Source of the DNA: Amphiscolops sp. MND2022
Lineage: Eukaryota
NCBI GenBank assembly: GCA_964187785.1
Contig: OZ076409.1
Span: forward strand, 11,658,001 to 11,722,000
Length of the DNA: 64,000 bases
Reading direction: 5' to 3'
A program made the translations under genes and the position numbers. Below, piece after piece: positions 37,091 through 51,100 of this stretch. The notes under the pieces are model-generated. The model was not told where the DNA came from, made no database searches, and worked only from the letters and a program-made list of their open reading frames with translations. Position 1 is the stretch's first letter. The number at the start of each line of letters is the position of its first letter.

Positions 37091-37485
37091 GGGGACTGTT
37101 CAATTCGTCGAACATTCTATTCGTCGAACATTCTATTCGTCGAACACGTATTAATTTAGCGAGCTTGGTATGACGTAATGGAATGAATTGATTCCGGCCA
37201 ATCAAAATCAAGTATTCAAAATTACGATAACGTAGTCAGCTATGTTCACATACTCCTAGTGCCCTAAATGCAGGAGCGAAGCGAAGCGGAGCGACGTGTC
37301 ATATGGCCATGCCTCAATATTGCTACTTGGTGAAGGGAGTGAAGCGACCGAGCCATACAACAAATATGCTAATCTCCACAGAATATAATCAAATGAAAAT
37401 AATCGCTGATATGGAATTCTTTCGACGCATTGAATAGCTTTTCATATTTCGACGATTTGAATGTTCGACGAATTGAAGTTGCACC
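37091..37485. mobile_element. Mutator-like MITE
   Basis: TIR core TTCAATTCGTCGAACATTC / GAATGTTCGACGAATTGAA. 9-bp flanks TGAATATCT and TGAATACCT match at 8/9. Confidence 0.82.
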
Positions 37486-39116
37486 TGAATACCTTGTATC
37501 TTCTGATTATGGGTACTTCTGAGAAAAGAAAGTTTTGACGAAAGACCTTTCTTGGTGCCGTGTTGCCATATTTATAAATATAGCAACTACTGATTTGGTA
37601 ATTGTGAAATTTGAGTGACACATGTTTCAAAGATGTTTCGCAAGCTTAAAGTAAGCAATGCTGTATTTGTGAATCATGTAAACAAGAAGTACTCTAAATA
37701 AATATGCATTTAATCTGTAGTTAGTTGTGATAGTAGTGGTGGTATTTTTGCTCAATAGACCTCCAAACGTGTTTTCGAAGTTGATGTGAATCGTATGTTA
37801 GTTTTGATACCGAAAAGACAGTCGACTTGTGATGCAATTCTTTGATGTATGGATTAAGAATGAATCATTCTGGATGATTCATTGTTGTGTAATGTTTTTC
37901 CGCCGAATGGCTCTTCCTTTTGATTTTTCTGCGCGCTGCTCTTACGGAAGCATGTGTTAACCCTATCAAGGCTGTAAAAAAGCCTCTTTTATTTTAAAAA
38001 ACGGCGGTTTCTGAAACGTTTCGTGGCCCAATGTGGTTTCCATGAATCCATTGTTTCTCAACGTAGTGGTCATTGATTTCCCGTTTCACCAGTTTTTTTT
38101 GTTGAAAAAATCGTCTTTTTTATCGAGTTGACTTGTTGAAATTTGAAATTCAATTGAAAATTTCGATCTTTGAAATGCCTAAGTTTTCTTTTTCGGCTGA
38201 GCTCGAAGTTGCAAATGAGAACATTGAAGATGACTGAGTAAGACCCAAAAGATGATACTGTTTTATCGCAAGTTTTTGCGAAGCTTGGTTTTGCCTCTTT
38301 TTTGACGGCTTATGCTATTTATGTTCTTGGCTTTCAAGGATACCTTCCAAAGTATGTTTTTCAATCAAGAATGCTGAGCAAGATTCTTACCTCTAATTGT
38401 TGATTCCAAGGGTTTCTTGGAAACCTATTGCATCGAAATGATTTCAAGTATTCTAAAATACTTTTAAAGTATGGTTTCAAGTCAATCAACTACCATATAA
38501 CCACCGAAGTAAGACCAACACTCCACGCATCCTAAACTACATCATTCATTAGGATAAAACATTGGATTGCCGCAAACTGGAACAATTCCGAGGAAAAATG
38601 TTCATTTTGTTCGATATTTAACCCTGATTGACATGGGCGTTTCTGCAAATTTTCAAGAAATCGGAACAAAAATTTTATATCTCCATAACTACGCGTAAGT
38701 ACCAAATAAATGAACTATAGCGCGGTTGAGAGGTCTGATATCGGGCCTTCAATTTTGGTCAGGTGAGCCCCTGTTACCGCGCGCCCCCTCCTTCAGAATT
38801 TTAAGTTTCTTTTTCCGGTACCGCGCGGGGGCTTGTAGAAACAACAGGATATTATTGGGGTTTGTTGCACAAGGACTTGTTGTGGAAGGGTATGTGGTTG
38901 GTTTTTTCTATTGATCAAAGACTTTGAGAAAACTGGATTTCGCCAAAACCTGTATTTTGGAAAATTATAACTTTTTGGATCTTGTTTGCTAATACCCCCC
39001 ACGAATTTATTGCCCCCCCCAAAAAAAAAAAAAATTCGCATTTTCAGTGTAAAAATTGTTAGGTAGTTATCGTTTCAGTAATCATTTCAGACCGAACTAT
39101 TTTACGAAGTGACCAG

Positions 39117-39941
39117 TTTTTCAGAAGTGACGAAATGTTTTTGAGGCTGAGGTTGTTCATGCAGCGTAAGTAACTTGTTTTTCGAATCAATGATCGCTTT
39201 GTCTTGTTCACACAAGTGTGAAACGAGGGTGACTCATGCTTTCTGACATGACTACTATTTTCTGTTCACAACATCGTGCAAACATGCGAGCAATACGTTT
39301 TAATATGGGAAAGAATTTATTTCTGTGTAGGTGGATATTCTGTGCTGAAATTTTCTGGCAGTAGGCTGGGTGGAATTAGCAAACAAGATCCAACTTTTTT
39401 GTGCAAAAAAAAACATCTTTCTCAGCTTTGGAGACATTCACTTTTCTAATGCTTGGGCCTTTCAAATCAATCTGGTACCAATGAATTATTGAAGAAAAAC
39501 TGTGCTAGAGAATATGGACTACTGGCAAAAAGAATCCGAAAGTGAAAAATACGTAGGCTGCTTTAAAGTACCACTAGGTTCATTAGGGTTAATTAGAGAA
39601 TGCAGTTTGTCCCTTCACTCCGTTCAAAGTGAAGGGTTCAACTCGTTCATGAATACGATTGAACCACGTTTCGGAAAACTTTTTCATCGCGCTTGACAAA
39701 TTGATTCAAATCTAATTTCTACAAAGCAAAGAGCATCCGACTTTATGAACAACGAATTGCTGGCAATGCGAAAATGCACGTACCCACTTCCAAAAGTTTA
39801 AAATTATCCTGAAGTTTAATGAGGGTTATTCAATTGACCCCTATTCAAAACATCATCTTCGAAATACTTCCAGTCTCAAAGTCTTTTCTACCACCATTTT
39901 TGTAAAAGTCGCTCTCCAATACTATTTTCTAATTTGCTTAA
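39117..39941 (+). repeat. Second copy of the 24205-25036 block; contains a possible hAT transposase remnant (39502-39696)
   Basis: Direct sequence match. The peptide SLSLHSVQSEGFNSFMNTIEPRF resembles the Hermes-type DNA-binding region. Confidence 0.8.
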
Positions 39942-41395
39942 TAATTGAAGTTTTCATGTGAAGCGATCAACTTTTTCGAAATACAAGTTCAGCGATAAGC
40001 GAAAAATGGCGATGTCGAAACTTTGCTCTTTCGGTTGTCGTTTGGATTGTTCGTTGTTAAACAAGGCCAACGTTCCCTGAAATACAAAGTGACGTTCCTT
40101 TTGTAATTTTTATTACATTTCCTTTGTTTCAAATGTATATAAAGATATATTGCGCTTTAAAATCAAATGCCTGAAGTTCTCTTATACCGTAGTGTATCAT
40201 TAAATTAATGCGTGAATTTTCTAGTTCTTCTAATCACTCCCTATACGAAACTTTATCTGCAACTAGAAATAGACCCACTGTGGAAAATGCGTAGCGTAGG
40301 CTGCCTGTTTTTTCTCTTCATGACTAACAACGGAGTTCCTTCTTAATATACCCTTTGCCGAGTGAGTCATTTGACTGTTGTTCTGGTTGTTCTGTTCACA
40401 TCTCAAATAATAAACAATTTAGCGATTCTAAAGCTACCGTTTCATGGTTTAACTTAGTCATATCAGTATTTGCCATGTCAGTTGCTGATTTGTGAATACG
40501 TCATCGAAAGTTTGTTATGATGATCAACTTCAGATTTGACATTTCAACTTTCAAGTGACTAATCTCAAATTCTCTTTCCGCGAAACGCCAATAAGTTTCA
40601 GAGAAAAAGTAAAGCCGAAACTTCTTCGATTGTATTTTAGACGGATGTCAGTTTTAAATTTCCGCTACGAAATTTGCAGAGGTTATTTAGGCCTATTCAA
40701 CTTCGAACTGAACTTAGCTTTAGAATTTTCCAGCCTTTTTGGCCCACTTTTTCCCGATGATTTTTGAGAAACTGTATGTGCACTCAATCGAATCTATGTT
40801 TAGATTTCTGAGCTGTTGTGAAATTTCAGAATACGAAGCTCTAAAACGCACTTCTCAAATACAAAGTGTAACATGTTAAAGTTACTACGAATACCCTGTG
40901 TCACATTCTGGATATTGTTGATGAAGTTGACCAGAAAAAAATTCATGTAAAATGACATTTCCAAGGATTTGTTCAATTGCTCTTTCAGTGTACATTCATA
41001 TCTTTTTAATGTCCTATTATCACTGCCTATCTATACTTGTTTGTTTTTTTTTCAGTTCGATGAAATGTGATCATTTAAAAAAGACGAAAGATGAACGTTG
41101 GAAGAAATTTTCTGTAAGTAGCTTTAACTCGCTTCTAGTTAGCCCTGTTGAGAAAAAGCCGACTTCATTTGAAATTTCTCTTTTTTCAAATGCTATTTAA
41201 AACACGAATTAGTGATAATACACTGCAAATCATTCTCTTTGTACGATCTTTTTCACAAGAACATTCACACGACTTTTTCGAAATCATTTTTACTTCCTGT
41301 CGTACCTTGTAAGTCATTGAAGAATCCCTTGCTCTGAGCTTTAATAAAGTTGTCCCCTGGGGTGAGATGACCATAGAGTGAAATTCTCTTAGAGT

Positions 41396-42190
41396 TCCAT
41401 GTTGAGCTTTTCTTCAGAATCTGTACAGATTTATGATCATTTTTTCCTTGAGGATCTGTAAAGATCGTGCTACTGCTATGTAAGGCCAACTGCAGATCTG
41501 CAAAGATCTTCACAGATGTTCAAAGATTTTCTGTACAAATCTTACAGGAAATTTTTTCCAGAGCTTCTAGGGAAACAATGTATTGCATTTTTTGGGCTTC
41601 TTCAACAAATTAACAGACTGACCAAGGCTCAGTCAGTTGAAATTCTCCATCACTCAAAATTATCGAGCAGGAAAACTCGTCCCCATCACGGTAATTTTGG
41701 TATTTTTGGGGAATGTTTGGTATTGGTTTTACACGGTAATCTATCCTTTTCACTTTAACTTTCCAGAAGTGGTTGTTCAACTTTGAGAAGCTCGTTTGCC
41801 ATATTGACTTCGTTTTGACAGTTGTAATTAGACATGTCGCCACCGTCTGGGTTGGTAGAGGTGTTCATAAAGTGCTGTTTTTTTTCGGGGGAACATGGTT
41901 TGCTGGAGTAGTTTTACTAATTGCTGGAAATTTGGAATACGTTATTGTAATTTATTGGTCATTTTCGTAAGATTAAGTTTTGACAAATCCGGGAATATTT
42001 GTCGGAATCTGTACAGATTCTCACAGAAACTTTTTTTAAAACTTCAATTACGATACGTGTTTATCTTGTAGAGCACATTTTAATCAACTAATTTCAGTTT
42101 CAAAACTGTGTTTATGGCTAGTTACTTCTCGACAAATCCTGGAATATCTGTCAGGATCTGTACAGATTCGCAGAGAGTGCTCAACATGGG
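41396..42190. mobile_element. Non-autonomous TIR element with palindromic ATCTGTACAGAT subterminal repeats
   Basis: TIR CCATGTTGAGC / GCTCAACATGG extends imperfectly to ~35 bp. Superfamily unresolved. Confidence 0.65.
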
Positions 42191-43121
42191 TTGATTATAG
42201 AAAAAGTATAATGACAGCTATATTGATCAAACCATATCTACTATTATACCGGCTATACTATACACATATATAGAAATTCTATGATAGAATTTTATTATAG
42301 CCGCGATTATTGAAATACGTTTGGCCTTTCTTGTCCCAAATCGCAAAGGCTGGATACCTCTTAATGAGTCGGAGAATGAGAACTTAGCCTCAAAATCTTA
42401 AAACTAGACTCATTGTTGATCGCTATTGTAACCAGCGAAATAAAATGTTTTGAATTCAGTTTTCCCAAAAACAACAAAAGGAAAGTTTGTTGTTTCTCGG
42501 AAAGTTATCATCTTACTATTATCAAAATTTGAAGCTATGAAAGAATTCTATTCAGTTATTGTTATAGTATAAGCTACATTAACATCTATAATCAATGATT
42601 ATAGAGTGATCTGTCTGGGGGTGTATTTTTTTCTTCGTTTGGTTTTGCTTCAAAAGTTTGGGGCTCGGTCAAATATCCGTTTCCGAGCGCCATGTCACTT
42701 AGTTTTGCATTTGGTACACTGTATCTCTGTTTCAGTGGAAGAAGCAACGCTGATGGCGGCGAGAGCAATGTTGGGGGAATGGCATCCAAATTTTATGCCA
42801 GTAAGAAGCTTCACATTTTTCTGAAAGCACTTTTCATCGATCACATTAAACGAAGCATGTAGTCTGTTACGACTCTTTTTGTCCTCTCAAGAGTTGCGTG
42901 AGGTCTAGCAGTGAACATCAGTGGGTAAATCTTGTATCTTGAGATTTTTATGTGTGATAAGAAACGTCGTTTCTTCCTAGCATAATCGCAATGGCATTTT
43001 TTGAAGGTTACCGGACAAAAGTGCCCGTCAAAATCACCCAAAATACACAGTCAAAAGCACCCAAAGAAAGTTTTTCATTGTGAAATGGGTTGCTTACTTT
43101 GAAATTTTTTGAAAATTTTAA

Positions 43122-43643
43122 CCTTAAGTTGACCAGGAAAATTTTGGATCCATCCAAAAATCGGGGGCTTAAACTTTAAACCGCAATATCTCCTAAACTA
43201 TTCAAGTCCAACAAACGATTTATAGAGCTTTCGAAAGAGGAGCATCAGGGCTTTCAAATCAATTTTTAAACTGCTGGGCTGGGGGCTGCACTGGCTCCGG
43301 ACTTTGCGCCAAAACTTTGCACGCGTCGTGTCTCTGATTGCTTTTCAGCATATTTCAAAAGAAGCTGGTGTCGCTTTGACCCAATGTTGATACCAGTGGG
43401 ATAAAAGGGCCACAAACTAAAACTGAAAAAACGGAAAATCTGCACTCGATTTTTTTTGATTTTTTGGTCCCATTTTCTGGATTTCGGAGACATCATGTCA
43501 ATATTCCGTGAATAGGCGCCGAATGCTATGCAATATCGTCTGAAAATCCTATTCAAGAGTTTTCTTTACCATACAATCAGCTGGTGCGTTTAGAATTTGC
43601 AGAAACTAAATGTGCCAAATTTGGCACAGTGGCCAAATTAAGG
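43122..43643. mobile_element. piggyBac-type MITE (partial copy ~55610-55908)
   Basis: TTAA on both sides. TIRs CCTTAAGTTGACCA / TGGCCAAATTAAGG match at 12/14. Confidence 0.78.
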
Positions 43644-43985
43644 TTAATCAGAGAGGGAGGAATTAGCAAGGCGGTTTGTATTGGGGCGCTTATGGCTGTG
43701 TAAAAACGCGCTTTTGTCTGTACACGTGTTTCGAAATCTGATGTACTAGGGAGCAGTGAGATGCTCGAGACCTCACGTCGTTTGTGTAACCTACGGCATT
43801 CCTGAGGGGTTCTTCAAAACCGAGATTTCCGTAGAGTGCTGCAGTATTTTGGTCGTAAAATTTACGTTGCATTGTCCAGTTGAAATGTCCATCAGCTTAG
43901 ATCTTCAGTCGTATGTATTTGCCAATTTTGCTATTTTCTTTCCGCCAAAATAGGAAGTGTTTTTAATTTTTCAGTAAACAGTTGA

Positions 43986-44394
43986 TCATTTCTGCGATAG
44001 CAGGAATAGTATTGAAATCTGAATTATTCAACTTTTTTTCAAGTTCAATTTTTGTCTGATTCCGAGTACCTACTAAAAGTTCAGATATTTTGCTCGGCTG
44101 TGAGTATAAGCGTCAGATTTAAATTTCTCTAGCTGCCGACAACAATTCGTTTCTCGTGCGATGAAACGAACGAGTGTTAATTATTCGTTCGCCAAGAGCG
44201 CCCGCATTCAAATGCCGATGCGAAACTTCGCCTACGCTTAGTAGTTATATTTTCTTCAGTCCGAGAAGACTTAAGGGCGGCGTAGACTTGTATAGTGAAT
44301 AACTGTGCGATGTATAAATGATTAAGATGCTTCTATAATTGAACATGAAAGCCTAAAAGCAGAAATAATAATGTGCCCCGCAGGGGCCTATTTT
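43986..44394 (+). mobile_element. HINE family D copy
   Basis: 5' ATTTCTGC-GATA-GCAGGAAT IR; 3' GCAGAAATAATA + GCCCC-GCA-GGGGC hairpin + CTATTTT. Confidence 0.72.
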
Positions 44395-44492
44395 GACTGA
44401 CATACCCTCCTTGTAATAAGGGCACCAAATCAATCTTCTCTTTCCACACCACATCACCGGTTTCGGTACGCGCGGTCCTTTTATTGTATTAT

Positions 44493-44986
44493 AACAAGCC
44501 GGGACCGTTCCAAGCCGGCGCCATATCCAAGGCTCAAAAATAGCAAAAGGACTTCCAAGTGTCAATTTACAGTACTCGAAAAACCAAAAATGGACCAAGA
44601 AATTGAAGGGGGACCCTTTGGAGAGAAAAATTTTTGGAAAAAAAGTCTCACAATGCCGAAAAATTGAAAGGGGGACACTTTGGGATTTTTCAACATCCAT
44701 TCTGTCGCAAAACAGCAAAAAAATTGAAGGGGACCCCTCGGGGAAAATTTTTTCCGAAAAAAAAGTCTCGCAGTGCCGAAAAAAATTGAAAGGGGGATCC
44801 TTTGGTCTCGCCCGGTATGGTATGTTACGCGGGAGAACAGGAAAAACCTTTTTGGTTCAGTTCGCTAGGCCAAATGGTGCAATAATATTTTGTAGAACTT
44901 TCAAGAACTATTTTGGTCAGTTCGTGTGGATTGAGAAAGAAACTCATTATAATAGTCGCGTTTCACTTCATGAAGCGCAGACTAAG
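44493..44986 (-). mobile_element. HINE family A copy
   Basis: AACAAGCCGGGACCGTTCCAAGCCGGCGCC ... GAAGCGCAGACTAA. Confidence 0.75.
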
Positions 44987-45105
44987 AAAGAGAGGAGAAA
45001 AGAAGCGAAAAAAATTCACGGACAACTTGAATTTCCACCGCTTGAATTCTCGAGAAACTATTGTCGTTCAAAAAAAGCCATTTTTTGAGCTAAAAAAAAC
45101 TCTAG

Positions 45106-48100
45106 TAGTCAATTCCTTCGGCGAGCAAAGTAAGCAGTTCCTTGGGTGTCAATTTGAGTTGCGGTGATGAGTATAACAGTTGATTTTGTGACAGGTGTTC
45201 CTCCGACGGCGAGAGCTTCGGCCGTGAAAGCTACCTCGACTGCTCTTTCCTCGGCAGCTCAGAACGAGAAAGTGCAGAATGCAGCTGCCTCCAATATTCA
45301 GGCATGACCTACGAAACATCGAAATATGCACTTTAGAAACATGATTGGTATTTTTATATCATTTCAAATCGTGTTTCTGAGACCCTTTGTGTTACTCAAT
45401 TTGCAGCTCTCATTTGTCTTTCAGTTTAATTTGGTCTCTTGCGCGACGAGTGTACGTAATTCACTATGATTTGTTTTTCTTTATTCGAAACCCCACTAAT
45501 AAACATGTCCAACCCATGTCAAAGTTTTCGTTTTTAACGAACATTTTCGGACCTTTAACAAGGACTGAACATTTTTGTTTCATTTCTCATATGTTGCTCA
45601 TTGTTACTTTTTTCGAAACCGTCTTGCTTTTCGAAGCTATTGAAAGAAGTTTTCGAGGTGTAATAAAGTTCATGAAATTTCGAATAGTTATTGGAACATT
45701 GTTAGTTGGTCATCCCTGGTCGTATTCAGTCTTCTCTGAACGAGCAGCTGAAGAACAAAGGACTCGGTGCGAACAGCGCAAACATGATATCTGGTCAGGT
45801 CGGAAGAGCCGCCCCCGTAGCCATGTCCAAAGCTGCCCAAAACGAGCGCCTCATGAACAAAATGTCCGAACAGATCGTGGATCGATCCAGCAATGCTGCT
45901 TTTGGGGTTAGTTGGCTTTGTTTGGAGACATTCCAACGTCGAGTCCACTACACTTTTAACTATTCCCTAACAATTTCAACGTTTAGCAAAGTAGGAATTG
46001 ATTGGAAAATGTCTTTCATATTTGGATATTTTTAGCAAGTTTCGATTTGCAGGGACCTCTCGGTGGTGCGAAAGCTGAAAACGGCGGGAATCAACACCAA
46101 TATAGTTCCAAGTTAGTCAGTGTGCAATTACTTACCTTCCACTAGATTTTCAGATGATAAAAGACCGATTTCAGATTATAGAGCCTCCTGTTTTTATAGC
46201 CTCCAGTTTCGCTATCTTTAGTCTGCGCTTTTCGAAGAATAGAACCGACTATAGCAGTGGTTTTTTAAGACCGGCGAACTGAGAGATTTTATTACACGTA
46301 GCTCTCTAGCTTATATGTTTCTATTCTCTCCTATATCATCCTTCTATACTCGCTATATCCGAATATTTGACGCTATATCCATCGTAAATTGCGTTTTACT
46401 ACGGAGGAGGCGGAGGTTCGAAAGCAAGCGCTCACATTTGTCCCAGTACGCTATCTCCGAACTTTTGACGTTATATCCGACTATATTGCGTTTTACTGAG
46501 GAGGATGCGTAAGGTCGAAAAAAGTGCTTGCATTTGTCAGGGCACAATATATTCGAACTTCTGAAGCGTTTTCCGAGCACGAAAGGCGCCCTTTGGGTGT
46601 TTCGAAACTTTTCATTTTAAAAAACGCCCTGGTCATATTTTGAAATCTTTGTGCGCTTTTTGAGCCTTAGGTATAGCGCCGACTTGGGACGTTCCCGTCT
46701 TTTGAGCCTTGGGGCGTTCCCGACTTGTCTTGACCGTACCACTGAGCTGGGATGAAGGAATTTGTTTTATAGCTTTTTGATTTTCGAAGTTTTGGCTGGT
46801 AAATCTAATGCTTTAAATTCTGTAATAAGCAAATAGCTGTTTTCAACCAAAATATGTTACTTATATTTGTTTTTTAGCAACGCCAGTGCATCCAATGCAG
46901 TTTCTGTGAACGAACTCAAACAAAAACTGAGCGCCCTCTACGGACAAAACTATACCCCGACGTATATCCCTGATTCCTCCACAGCTGGTGCTCATTCTAC
47001 CCAACAGCAGTCCAAGCAACCATCTGCATTTACAGGGTACAACTCTGCTTCTTCATCGGCGTTCACTTCTTCGAAGCCTTTCAGCAGTTCATCGTTCACA
47101 GGTTCCTCGAATTTTTCAGCAACAGCTTTTGGGGATTTCTCAAATACTTCTCAGTCTAACTCAGCAGCCACACGCCAGTTCGCAGATCCATTCGCTTCGT
47201 ACAACCGCCCTGTTGATTCTCAGCTCGATGACGGAAATCAAAGTTTTCATCAGCCAGACTCGTTAGTGCTTAGAACATTTGTCGCAATTATATTGGCTAA
47301 GCGAGTCTTTCGGAAAAGAGTTCTCATTTTCTCTAATCTAGCTTAAGCGGCCCATTTAAGGCGCCTCATTGAAGTCTCGAAATCAGTTCGTTTCAAAGTC
47401 CTTCAAATTATGACTGCAGTTTGTTTCTAATTATAGAACAAGACGCGAACGTCTCAAGTCGGCGCCCCACTTAAGGCTCAAAAAGTTTTTCAAATATGCC
47501 CAGGACTTTTTTAAAATGAAAAACTCACATAACAGTATCGAAACACCCAAATGTTTCGTGCTGGAAGGAATGGTTTCGCTTGTTTTCGGACCTCCGCCTC
47601 GTTTTTTTCCGCTTTAGTAAAACGCAATATAGTTCGGATTAAACGGAAAAATTCGTTTAGTGTTGAAAAAAATTATTGTGGATATATATTGAAAAATCTT
47701 AATTTCAGACAAAAAACGAGAATTTTGAACAGCCTCATAATGCCGAAAATGTAAAAGGGTTTTTAAAATTTTCGAAAAAAAAGTCTCAGCGCCGAAAAAA
47801 ATTGTTGAAAAGGGGCCCTTTAGTCTTGTCCGGTTTTGTATGTTACGTACGACGTTTAAAAAGTAAAACATGAAAGGGGGGCCCTTTGGAATAACTTAGA
47901 TGCGTTTCCCAGGTGTTCGTTTAGTTGAACAAACTCAACAAAAATTTCGTCGCATTCGAGTCTGTCCTAAAGAAAAAAGAAGTTCCACTCCTACCAATGG
48001 ATGATCTTTTTGGTTCGAAATGCCTAGCCTATTACCTCTAGGCGAGCGGAAATTAATTATAACTAACTCCACATATTACTAAAGGGTTGTTAAAAAGACA

Positions 48101-51100
48101 ACTGTCTGCGGTTCGAATTCTCTGCGCTTATTAATATTTGTGTAAACTGAAATGTTATAGAAGCCGAAACTGTTAATTTTTCGAGATTTCTGTCGTCCCA
48201 ATTTCGTCGTCAATTCTGGGGGCAGTGAGACAGCATTACTCCGTCAGCTATCTTATTTACCGCTCGTAGCAGAGAAACAGCGCTTTTTTGGAATAAAGCA
48301 AACGAGTCTTGTTTATCCGCACATCGATAGCTTCGCCTACATTCAAATACGAATGCGAAACGTCATTTGGACTCGAGTAGTTGCATTTTCTTTTATTTAG
48401 TAGTTGCGGACTGTTCGCTAATAGTCCGAGAAGAGTCGAAGACGGTGTTAACGGGTACAGCGAATAATTGTGCCCTATATAATGGCTTACCCGGAGAGTA
48501 TAGGTATTTCAGATGTTTTGACATAACATTGAAGTTAATGGTGACAGAAATAGACTAGGGTACCAAAAAGCTAACGATTTTTTAAAAATTTCCTAGCGAA
48601 ATATCAACTATATTCATATGACAAAACGTCTCAAGGGTAAGGGTTAATCAAATTTTAATCAGCAATACAACGGTATTTTTAGTCGGCGTTCCCGAAGAAA
48701 AAGCATGACTTTTACAGTGGCTAGTTTTTTTCGTCAGTTCAACGCGATCGGTACTTTGTGCATTAAGCACTTTTACCATAAGTACTTAGTACTTCATTTT
48801 GAACGCATCCAAAGCCTCTAGCATGAAATACAGAACCATTCCAAAGCAGAAGGGTCCCCCTTTCCACTTTTTTTGACCCGGACTTTCCCCTTTTTTTCGG
48901 CTTTGTGAGACTTCTTTTTCGAAAATATTGTGTCTCCAAAGCGTCCCCCTTCAATTTTTTTTATAGTGTGCAACAGCCTTAGGGTTTTCGGCACTATACG
49001 ACTTACAGGAGACATTCAAAAAATTCGAAAAAGTTTTTCTCAGTTTTTCGTTTTTTGAGAGGTTTTCGGTTGAGCAAGATGGTTTTTTTTTCTGTTTCCA
49101 GATGAGGGGAAATGGTTTCAGAGTCTTATGCGTATCCCTTCGGATATTTTTGGCACTGTAAAATTGATGAAATTTTAACAATATTGTCCTGTTGCATACT
49201 CAAGAAATTTGCACTGGGCGCCGACTTAGGCCGGTCCCTGCTTGTTTGATTTGTCGTGAGTTGTCGTCTGATGAGTTGTCACTGTCACTAAATTTTTTGA
49301 ATCTTTAAGCAATATCTCAAAAATTATTGGTCAGAAGAAAAACCCCCTTCGATCATTTTTGTAGCCTTGACAACGTTCGATGAACTTCATATTGAATACA
49401 TTCTCCGGAAATGCTTTTGTGCATTTTGTGGTGTAAATTTTGAACATGGGCGTTCTGTGGCAGGCCTTTTTGTTAAAATACTCCGAGATGAATTTCAGAA
49501 AAAGTCAAAATTGGGCGAAAAGATATAACGTTCATAATTTTTGTTTGATTTCCCCTGCAATTCCGATCGAAATTTGATAAAGATTGTTCCTGTGACTTTT
49601 GTGTCATTTGATTAAAACTTTATTGCGATTTGAAGCTTTCCGTTAGCGAAATTGGCAGTTTGTTGCTTCGTGGCATCCTAGTGTATTACTGTGCCCCTCA
49701 GGGGCCTATTTTCGTATTTTCGGACTTCGGAAAATAAATCTCGTGAATTCTTTGACACTGAAAACTTTGTGCTAACTCAATCATTTATCACTTTATGCAG
49801 CTCAAATTGAATTTTCAACTTCAGTCGATAAAATTGAAAGTTTTGATCAAAAAGAGCAAACTTTTGTTTAGGTTTTCGTCAGGAACAGAATTACGAGACA
49901 GTGACAGCAAACTTTTCTCTGCCATCTACGATTTTCAAGGTCAAGGAGACGATGAACTCACTTTTCAAGTAACTTATTTTTTAATCATTTCTTGATCGAA
50001 GTTTTTCGAATTTATTTGAAAAAAATTATTGAAAATGTTGATGGGCCCTGCAATTACGCAATTGGAAAAGATTTCTATCAACATTGCAGTTTTTCAACTA
50101 CGTCGAATATTTTATTTATAATATGGGTTATGTAATGTCAATTATCCTTTCAAGTTGTGCCATCTCATTATGAAGTCTTAATTTTTGCTATAAGTAGCTA
50201 TCGGCTGTCTTGATAATCTCAGATTCGAATACTTGGCTGCCAATTACATAATCATATGATGTACTGAACTACTTTTGTCAGAGCGAAGTGTTCGAACTAC
50301 TATAAAGGCACACCTTCTGTTGGAATTGATCGAGTGGCCTTCATGAAATCTTGGTGAACGGTATCAATTGTCAATAGCTAGCCTACTAGGTGAACTAACA
50401 AGCCGGGACCGGCCCAAGTCGGCGCCATATCCAAGGCTCAAAAATAGCAAAACGACTTCCAAGTGTCAAGTATTCGTTTACAGTAGTCGAAAATCGAAAA
50501 TTTTTCGAAATTTTATTTTTGAAAAAATTACATACTAAAAAAATGGACCGAGTGGCGCGCCGGGGCTCGCTACCGCGAGCCCCTGGCGCGCTAACGTCTC
50601 ACAATGCCGAAAAACTGAAAGGGGGGCCCTTTGAGGTTTTTCAACATCCATTCTGTCGCAAAACATGAAAAAATTGAAGAAAACAAAAATTTTCATTTTC
50701 GGGAAAAAATTTCACAATGCCGAAAAAAAACTGAAAGGGGGGACCCTTTGGGATTTTTCAACATCCATTCTGTCGCAAAACATCAAAAAATGCAGGGGGG
50801 ACCCTTTGAGGAAAAAAAATTCCGAAGAAAAAAATTCCGAAAAAAAATGTCTCGCAGTGCCGAAAAAAGTGAAAGGGTCTTTGGTCTCGCCCGGTATGGT
50901 ATGTTACGCGGAAAAACAGGAAAAACCTTTTTGGTTCAGTTCGCTAGACCAAATAGTGCATTTTGATGCAATAATATTTTGTAGAACTTTTGTAGAACTA
51001 TTTTGGTCAGTTCGTGTGGATAGAAAAAAAAAGAGTCACTATAATAGTCGCGTTTCACTTCATGAAGCGCCGACTAAAAAACGGAACACAGAAAATATTC

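Noticed and set aside
41056..41113. Candidate first coding exon of the SH3 gene (strong TTTTCAG / GTAAGT sites)
   Set aside because: Neither ATG frame gives the phase needed to join 45106 directly, so it was left out of the model; an unseen exon may lie between.
45387..45911. 174-aa ORF as a separate gene
   Set aside because: Its first half is T-rich intron-like sequence and its second half overlaps the SH3 gene exon in another frame.
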